64,000 nucleotides of DNA from the IMG/VR virus record IMGVR_UViG_3300032226_000829; one strand, written 5' to 3'. Shown here piece by piece: positions 58,558-64,000 of this stretch. This stretch comes from a virus. Lineage: Duplodnaviria > Caudoviricetes. A program made the translations under genes and the position numbers. The stretch's first letter is position 1. Each line of letters starts with the position of its first letter. Under the pieces are notes generated by a model that was not told the DNA's origin, made no database searches, and saw nothing but the letters and a program-made list of their open reading frames with translations.

Positions 58558-59246
58558 AAGTTCTTCCTTTCCCTGTATGTGTTTGAATCGGAAACTGTAA
58601 ATCTACAGATTTTATTTTTCTAGCTGTAGTTAAAATATAATTTTTTTTTGGATGCGATTTCTTATTAAAATCTAAAACTATATCTCCGTACTTATCGATA
58701 ATATTTTGAGATAATATTTCAAAACCATTTTGTGAAAAACCGTCTTCATGGAATATAGGATTAACATTAAAGTATCCATGATTGAGATTATATATCGGAG
58801 CAATCGTAGTTGCTATTCCGCCTACTTTTACAAAATCACAGATATTTAAAAATGCCTGGCCTATATTAAAGCAATGTTCGAGACAACTAGAATCAATTAA
58901 AAAATCAAATTTTTCTTTGTAAATATTTGATATTGGGTAATTAAAATCTAAAATTTCTTCAGTTCCATTATGTTGTTTAATGTCAAACACTGTAATTTTA
59001 CAATTATAAAGAGCTTTTAAAATATCGATCAGATAATAGTTAGAATTGTCAATAGAGTTTTCTTTGCTTTTCTTTAGAATTTCTTCACCAAATGTTTTAT
59101 TTAATAACGGAATATTTTGATGAAGGTCCGGAAAACCTAAAATAACTAAATTTAATTCTTGGTCCGTAACTACTTGAGAATCTAGTAATTCTTTTATTTT
59201 TTCAAAATGCAAATTAAGGATTCCCATATACTTTTCCTGCTATCAT
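58539..59246 (-). repeat. 19-nt direct repeat (18/19) flanking the 227-aa gene
   Basis: ATGATAGCAGGAAAAGTAT (59246-59228) and ATGATAGCAGGTAAAGTAT (58557-58539) on the minus strand. Confidence 0.85.
58544..59227 (-). CDS. Methyltransferase-like protein
   Basis: FDFLIDSSCLEHCFN...VKVGG resembles the class I MTase C-half; no clear GxGxG motif; very AT-rich. Confidence 0.5.
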   Translation of the reverse strand: MGILNLHFEKIKELLDSQVVTDQELNLVILGFPDLHQNIPLLNKTFGEEILKKSKENSIDNSNYYLIDILKALYNCKITVFDIKQHNGTEEILDFNYPISNIYKEKFDFLIDSSCLEHCFNIGQAFLNICDFVKVGGIATTIAPIYNLNHGYFNVNPIFHEDGFSQNGFEILSQNIIDKYGDIVLDFNKKSHPKKNYILTTARKIKSVDLQFPIQTHTGKGRTYDSR

Positions 59247-59274
59247 GATGCATTCGCTCTGGTTGATTTGGTAT

Positions 59275-59292
59275 TAAATACTCACATATTTA
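59275..59292. promoter_or_regulatory. Interleaved divergent late-type promoters
   Basis: TAAATA-CTCACA-TATTTA. Confidence 0.55.
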
Positions 59293-59297
59293 TCCAT

Positions 59298-60140
59298 ATG
59301 AAATTTGGTCTATTCAAAAACAACGGAGCACTCAACAGTGCAGACATCTTCTACTATGTGGCGGACGGCTTGCAGCAGTTGGGTCACACTGTAACATATA
59401 ACACTGTGGAAGACATAGATGTGCCTGTGATATGGTCCATGTTGTGGCATGGTAGAATGCAAGGCAATCACGCCATCTATCAATCATACAGAAGTCGTGG
59501 TAAGAATGTGTTGGTTTTGGAAGTGGGTGGCATACAGAGAAATGTCACTTGGAAAGTGGCGTTGAATGGCATCAATCGTTCTGCTGATTTTGGCATGGGT
59601 GACATGGATTCTGACAGACCCCATAGATTAAAATTAAAATTAAAACCTTGGCGCACTGATGGTGAACACATTTTAATTTGTGCTCAACACGACAAGAGCG
59701 AGCAGTGGCGAGACATGCCCACTCTGGACAGATGGGTTCACAACACTGTGCTCAAAATTAGAGAACATTCCCAAAGACCTATTGTGATCAGACCACACCC
59801 ACGTTGCCCTATCAAAGATACATTTAAAATGTTTGGCAATGTCACTGTTCAAAATCCTGTGCAGATAGATGGAACTTATGATGATTTTAATTTGGATTTT
59901 CGCAACTGTTGGGCAGTGGTGAGTTGGAGCAGCAATCCCGGACCACAAGCAGTGATTGCAGGCGTGCCTGTGTTTGTGGGTCCTGACAGTTTGGCACATG
60001 ATGTGGCCAATACAGATTTGGCAAACATTGAAACACCACACATGCCCCATCGTGAAAATTGGTTGGTGAATTACGCTCACACTGAGTGGACCGTGGATGA
60101 AATCAGAACCGGAATTCCTTTTAAACGCTTGACTTTCTAA
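59298..60140 (+). CDS. KpsS/GT107-like glycosyltransferase, paralog 3
   Basis: Probable start ATG 59298; VLEVG, ILICAQ, IVIRPHP, VSWSSNPGPQAVIAGVPVF, W...E...G. Confidence 0.55.
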   Translation: MKFGLFKNNGALNSADIFYYVADGLQQLGHTVTYNTVEDIDVPVIWSMLWHGRMQGNHAIYQSYRSRGKNVLVLEVGGIQRNVTWKVALNGINRSADFGMGDMDSDRPHRLKLKLKPWRTDGEHILICAQHDKSEQWRDMPTLDRWVHNTVLKIREHSQRPIVIRPHPRCPIKDTFKMFGNVTVQNPVQIDGTYDDFNLDFRNCWAVVSWSSNPGPQAVIAGVPVFVGPDSLAHDVANTDLANIETPHMPHRENWLVNYAHTEWTVDEIRTGIPFKRLTF

Positions 60141-60157
60141 TATCTACCGCTTATAAT
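60129..60157 (+). promoter_or_regulatory. sigma70-type promoter for the UvsW unit
   Basis: TTGACT (60129-34), 17 nt, TATAAT (60152-57). Confidence 0.8.
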
Positions 60158-60163
60158 TAGCGT

Positions 60164-61465
60164 ATGCTAATTTCTAATCAAACACCCATGATATACACAG
60201 TGGAAGACTGTCTGGAAATTATGATGGGCTTCAGTGATATTTTGGTTTCTCCTCCTTTCGAACTGTTGGAACGTGATAAAAAAATCTTACAAAGCATTGC
60301 TTCTAAAACATTTAAAGGTATAGGATTAACTGACAAGCAATTGGCTGTGATTAAAAAAATACTTTTAACTAACTATATTCAACAATTTTCTGATAGAGAT
60401 ATTGATTTAATCAAGTCCTTAGAAACGCTGCGAGGTCCACTGCGTGAATTGGATCGTTCCACATACATCAGACTTAGAAAAGTCCAAGACATTCCCGAAC
60501 TCAAAGACGTGTATAATCAAGGCAACTTTGGCATTGAACTCCAACTGATAGATGTGCGTTTTCCTTTCAACATGTCCTATGCTCGTTTGCTGAATGATGT
60601 GAAGAAAAAATTTAGATACGACGATAGATATTTCAATCATAACAATCATTATTTTTTTCCCTATGACGAAAAATACGTTTATCATTTGATTGATAAATTC
60701 AAAAACAAAATCAAAGACATTGATCCTGAGTTATTGGAAGTTTATCAAAAACTGTGTGACATAAATGCACACCCTGAACAACATCTGCCTGGCATATATG
60801 ATTACGAAATACGCAATGTGCCTCGTGAATATATAAATCATTTGCACAACAACATAGGTATTCCCAACAAAGAAAATTTATATCTTTATCAAGATCGTCG
60901 TCAAGCACTGGCTTTGGAGTTTATGGAGAGTGCTGCTGTGCAGGAGTCATTGGGCAAAATAGATATTCTAAGTCAAAAAATTGCAATGAGAAAAACTTTT
61001 ATTGTGAACATAAACAAACACAAATGGACTCTGGATCAAGTGATTGGATCTTTGAATCAACTGTTGAGATTTCCTCTACTGGTGGTGTTGAATGAAAAAC
61101 AAGCACTGGATGATTATCATCAGATACACAGTAGACTGAAGTTGCTGTTTCCATCTTCTGCACAATCAGTGCTGTTTAGACTGCCAAATGAAGAAGCCAA
61201 CAACATAGAATTCAACCTGCGTGTGTCAGAAGATCGCACAAATAATTCCATTGATGAAAACACAAAAATAGTTTATATTAGTCATAAACGTGTGCCCAAA
61301 CCTTTGATCAAATCTAAATGGCGAGCACAGGCTGCTATCAGTTTAAGAAGTGAAAAGGAACACAACCAAGTACAAAACTTTTTGCAACAGTATGATTTGA
61401 TCATACAGTATGACCATGAAGAAAGTCCTTGGAACATTTGGCATCACGAAGTGGAGATCATATAA
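60164..61465 (+). CDS. Hypothetical protein
   Basis: 433-aa ORF directly upstream of uvsW. Confidence 0.7.
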   Translation: MLISNQTPMIYTVEDCLEIMMGFSDILVSPPFELLERDKKILQSIASKTFKGIGLTDKQLAVIKKILLTNYIQQFSDRDIDLIKSLETLRGPLRELDRSTYIRLRKVQDIPELKDVYNQGNFGIELQLIDVRFPFNMSYARLLNDVKKKFRYDDRYFNHNNHYFFPYDEKYVYHLIDKFKNKIKDIDPELLEVYQKLCDINAHPEQHLPGIYDYEIRNVPREYINHLHNNIGIPNKENLYLYQDRRQALALEFMESAAVQESLGKIDILSQKIAMRKTFIVNINKHKWTLDQVIGSLNQLLRFPLLVVLNEKQALDDYHQIHSRLKLLFPSSAQSVLFRLPNEEANNIEFNLRVSEDRTNNSIDENTKIVYISHKRVPKPLIKSKWRAQAAISLRSEKEHNQVQNFLQQYDLIIQYDHEESPWNIWHHEVEII

Positions 61466-61466
61466 C

Positions 61467-62924
61467 ATGAGCGCTTGTAAAATTATTATTCAGGATGAAG
61501 TCAATGTGAAGATTGATGGATTGGATGTGGATATACGCAGAAAAATAGCCAACAAATTAAAGTGGGCTGTGCCATATGCTAGATATCTTCCACAATACAA
61601 ACTGGGCAGATGGGATGGCAAAGTGGGATTCTTTGGATTAGGTGGCAATGGCTATGTGAATCATTTGGACATCATCATTCAACTGTTGAATGACTATGGC
61701 ATAGAGATCACAGAGGTTGTTGACAATCGTCACAAAGTGGATCTTAAATTCAACAAAATAGACAAAAACTTTTTTGCTGATAAAACTTGGCCCAAAGGAC
61801 ACATTATGGAAGGACAGCCAATAGAGTTGAGAGATTATCAAGTGGACGTGGTGAATAACTTTTTAGAAAATCCTCAGAGCCTACAAGAAGTGGCCACTGG
61901 AGCAGGTAAAACAATTATCACTGCATGTCTCAGCAAGTTGTGTGAACCGTTTGGCAGAACCATTGTGGTGGTGCCCAACAAGAGTTTGGTCACACAGACC
62001 GAAGAGGATTATATCAATTGTGGATTGGATGTGGGAGTATATTTTGGAGATAGAAAAGAATTGAAACATATTCATACCATTTGCACATGGCAATCATTGA
62101 ACGTGCTGGACAAGAAGACCAAAGACGGTGATGCTGTGTTAACATTGGCTGAATTTTTAGAAGGAGTAAACACCATTATTATAGACGAAGTGCATCAAGC
62201 CAAAGCAGAAGTATTAAAAAAACTACTCACGCACAATTTAAGAAATGCTGCCATACGTTGGGGACTCACAGGTACCATTCCCAAAGAACAATTTGAATTT
62301 CAAGCCATACTGGCCAGCATTGGTCCTGTGATCAATCAGATATCTGCCAAAGAATTACAAGACAAAGGAGTGCTGTCACAGTGTCATGTGAACGTGGTAC
62401 AACTGGTGGACACAGTGGTGCATAGAAACTATCAAGAAGAATTGAAATATCTAATGACTCATGAACCACGCATGAAATTTTTATCCAAAATGCTGAACAG
62501 AATCAAAGACTCAGGCAATACATTAATATTGGTGGATAGATTGGCAGCAGGCGAACTGTTGCAAAAATTAATTCCAGATTCTGTGTTTATTCAAGGAGAA
62601 ATGAAGTTGGCTGAGCGTAAAGAAGAATATGACCAAATATCCAATTCAACCAATAAGGTATTAATTGCCACCTATGGTGTGGCTTCTGTGGGTATTAATA
62701 TTCCCAGAATTTTTAATCTAGTTTTAATTGAACCTGGCAAGAGCTTTGTGAGAGTGATACAGAGTATTGGCAGAGGCATAAGAAAGGCGCAAGACAAAGA
62801 CTTTGTACAGATTTGGGACATAACGTCCAGCTGTAAATTTGCCAAAAGGCACTTAACCCAAAGGAAAAAGTTTTACAAAGAAGCAAACTATCCTTTCACA
62901 ATGGAAAAAATGGAGTGGAATTAA
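61467..62924 (+). CDS. uvsW: SF2 DNA helicase
   Basis: LRDYQ, ATGAGKT, IIIDEVH, GLTGT, VGINIP, QSIGRGIR; ATG 61467 follows the upstream stop. Confidence 0.9.
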   Translation: MSACKIIIQDEVNVKIDGLDVDIRRKIANKLKWAVPYARYLPQYKLGRWDGKVGFFGLGGNGYVNHLDIIIQLLNDYGIEITEVVDNRHKVDLKFNKIDKNFFADKTWPKGHIMEGQPIELRDYQVDVVNNFLENPQSLQEVATGAGKTIITACLSKLCEPFGRTIVVVPNKSLVTQTEEDYINCGLDVGVYFGDRKELKHIHTICTWQSLNVLDKKTKDGDAVLTLAEFLEGVNTIIIDEVHQAKAEVLKKLLTHNLRNAAIRWGLTGTIPKEQFEFQAILASIGPVINQISAKELQDKGVLSQCHVNVVQLVDTVVHRNYQEELKYLMTHEPRMKFLSKMLNRIKDSGNTLILVDRLAAGELLQKLIPDSVFIQGEMKLAERKEEYDQISNSTNKVLIATYGVASVGINIPRIFNLVLIEPGKSFVRVIQSIGRGIRKAQDKDFVQIWDITSSCKFAKRHLTQRKKFYKEANYPFTMEKMEWN

Positions 62925-62928
62925 AATT

Positions 62929-63435
62929 ATGAGAATATTAACAGTGGACAACAATACTTTTTTACTGTCCAAAATGCCTGAGCAGATCACTGAAGATATC
63001 AGTTTTAGTGTGTTGGACAACAGCAATCCCAAAGACCCGGATTTCTTTTTTATGCCTTTGATTTTTATTGAAAGTTTTTCAAGCCCAGCAATAGTGCTGG
63101 AGATTGGAGGTCAAGAACTCAGTATGCCTTTGGACTGGAGTGTGGCCGTGGGAGATCCTGAGAGTGGTTTTGATTTACAAATAATACCATTGACCAGTTT
63201 GAGTGACAGAGGATTCGAAGCATTCAGCCTTAATCCATTATCGGGATTCAGACCAGAATTTGTGCCCATCAAGGTGATTAATTTTTACAATGATGTCAAA
63301 TGGTACTTCCCTAAAGTCAAAAACAATCAATTAATCACCACACCGTTGACTGATGTAGTTAAACCAAAATGTGTATTTTTTATCAAGGACGTGAGTAGAC
63401 AGTGTGAAAGCATTGACCATTCATTGCTGTATTAA
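62929..63435 (+). CDS. Hypothetical protein
   Basis: 168-aa ORF coupled to uvsW. Confidence 0.65.
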   Translation: MRILTVDNNTFLLSKMPEQITEDISFSVLDNSNPKDPDFFFMPLIFIESFSSPAIVLEIGGQELSMPLDWSVAVGDPESGFDLQIIPLTSLSDRGFEAFSLNPLSGFRPEFVPIKVINFYNDVKWYFPKVKNNQLITTPLTDVVKPKCVFFIKDVSRQCESIDHSLLY

Positions 63436-63575
63436 TGACCAAAAAAAGAAAACCCCAAGAACAGGATCCAAACACAGATCTGTTTACAAATGAAGACCAC
63501 AGTGAAGAAGATTTATCTTGGATGATCGAAGACCCTGATACTGAAAAAAAAAATAAAAATGGAAAAGAAATTTAA
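63435..63575 (+). CDS. 46-aa acidic peptide not in the ORF track
   Basis: TAATG-coupled start; MTKKRKPQEQDPNTDLFTNEDHSEEDLSWMIEDPDTEKKNKNGKEI. Confidence 0.45.
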   Translation: MTKKRKPQEQDPNTDLFTNEDHSEEDLSWMIEDPDTEKKNKNGKEI

Positions 63576-63831
63576 ATACAAAGCAGGAGTAATTTATTCA
63601 CACGAATCTCCGGATGGGGGTCGAACTGTTTACGCAGTAGAAACCGGAACCAAAAATAAAAAAAGAGAATTGGTTTATAGAGATGAAGAATCTTTGATTG
63701 AAGAAGAAAGCCAAATTAGAAACCAATATGTTACACCCGAAGCAATTAGACTGTGTAATCAAAACAAAGGATTGCAAAAAGCCTGGGAAAAGTATATAGT
63801 ACTATTGAGATTATCAGGATTCAATGACTAA
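63559..63831 (+). CDS. Hypothetical protein
   Basis: 90 aa; IYSHESPDGGRTVY motif. Confidence 0.6.
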   Translation: MEKKFKYKAGVIYSHESPDGGRTVYAVETGTKNKKRELVYRDEESLIEEESQIRNQYVTPEAIRLCNQNKGLQKAWEKYIVLLRLSGFND

Positions 63832-64000
63832 CAAATTACCATTAAAAGACATACTGGCAGCCATAGACATGAACGCTAAAAACGTTTGGGATGAGCTGCC
63901 TGATGATGAACAGAAACAGGTGAGTTTCTTTTTGTTGAACAGATATGCCAGTGCTGTGAAAGGCAATAACACACAAAAAGAATTGGCCATATTCAAAACC
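63824..64000 (+). CDS. Probable clamp-loader small subunit (T4 gp62-like), 3'-truncated
   Basis: MTNKLPLKDILAAIDMNAKNVWDELPDDEQKQVSFFLLNRYAS resembles gp62 (..I.AI...Y..FMV.N.LS). Confidence 0.5.
   Translation, partial: MTNKLPLKDILAAIDMNAKNVWDELPDDEQKQVSFFLLNRYASAVKGNNTQKELAIFKT

Noticed and set aside
30699-61466. Longer track starts (30699, 32513, 38426, 59268, 61410)
   Set aside because: These extensions overlap upstream genes or promoter boxes; downstream ATGs (30702, 32405, 38534, 59298, 61467) fit the signals better.
53161-63553. Homopolymer runs (T8 at 53161, A10 at 63544) as phase-variation switches
   Set aside because: The reading frames are intact and Lys-rich AT DNA explains them.
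659-63996. The many 60-135-aa ORFs in the track that lie inside or antisense to long genes
   Set aside because: Shadow frames of real genes with no start signals or recognisable motifs; their Cys/His richness follows from the TG/CA-rich codon usage.
1-64000. Stop-codon reassignment, as in some jumbo phages
   Set aside because: TAA, TAG and TGA all terminate full-length conserved genes (e.g. TAG at 3233 and 47481, TGA at 26329), and no core gene is fragmented.
1-64000. tRNA, rRNA, CRISPR array, intron, intein or integrase
   Set aside because: Intergenic gaps are short, and no cloverleaf or spaced direct-repeat array was seen; TerL, UvsX and UvsW are of normal length.

Overview
This is a 64-kb, gene-dense segment of a large lytic T4-like myovirus (jumbo-phage style). 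No tRNA, rRNA, CRISPR array or integrase was seen. Left to right: (1) 1-25 kb, tail-fibre/virion-appendage module with two paralogous giant fibre proteins, three tandem Cys/Gly-rich adhesin-like proteins plus a chaperone-like gene, an embedded GT9-like / O-carbamoyltransferase / GT9-like operon and a 2146-aa fibre. (2) 25-30.6 kb, a minus-strand operon with a late-promoter motif that couples neck/tail-completion genes (gp14, gp15) to a NUDIX hydrolase and ADP-heptose genes (hldE, hldD, cupin). (3) 30.7-44.6 kb, gp13, dNMP kinase, HNH-like gene, tail sheath, tail tube, tube-like protein, gp4, probable small terminase, large terminase and a modular 896-aa protein. (4) 44.7-47.5 kb, gp32 SSB, UvsX, UvsY. 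(5) 47.5-60.1 kb, a mosaic glycosylation island (3 KpsS/GT107-like proteins, 5 other glycosyltransferase-like proteins, gmd, 7 SAM methyltransferase-like proteins, a cupin). (6) 60.2-64 kb, UvsW and a probable clamp-loader subunit (truncated). TAAATA late-promoter motifs precede most units, several placed so that the mRNA would be leaderless; four sigma70-like promoters are also present. The most interesting candidate system is a phage-encoded, mostly late-expressed glycan pathway (heptose, Kdo-like transferases, carbamoyl and methyl decorations) interleaved with fibre genes, suggesting virion or host-surface glycosylation. All product calls come from motif recognition by eye; no database searches were run.
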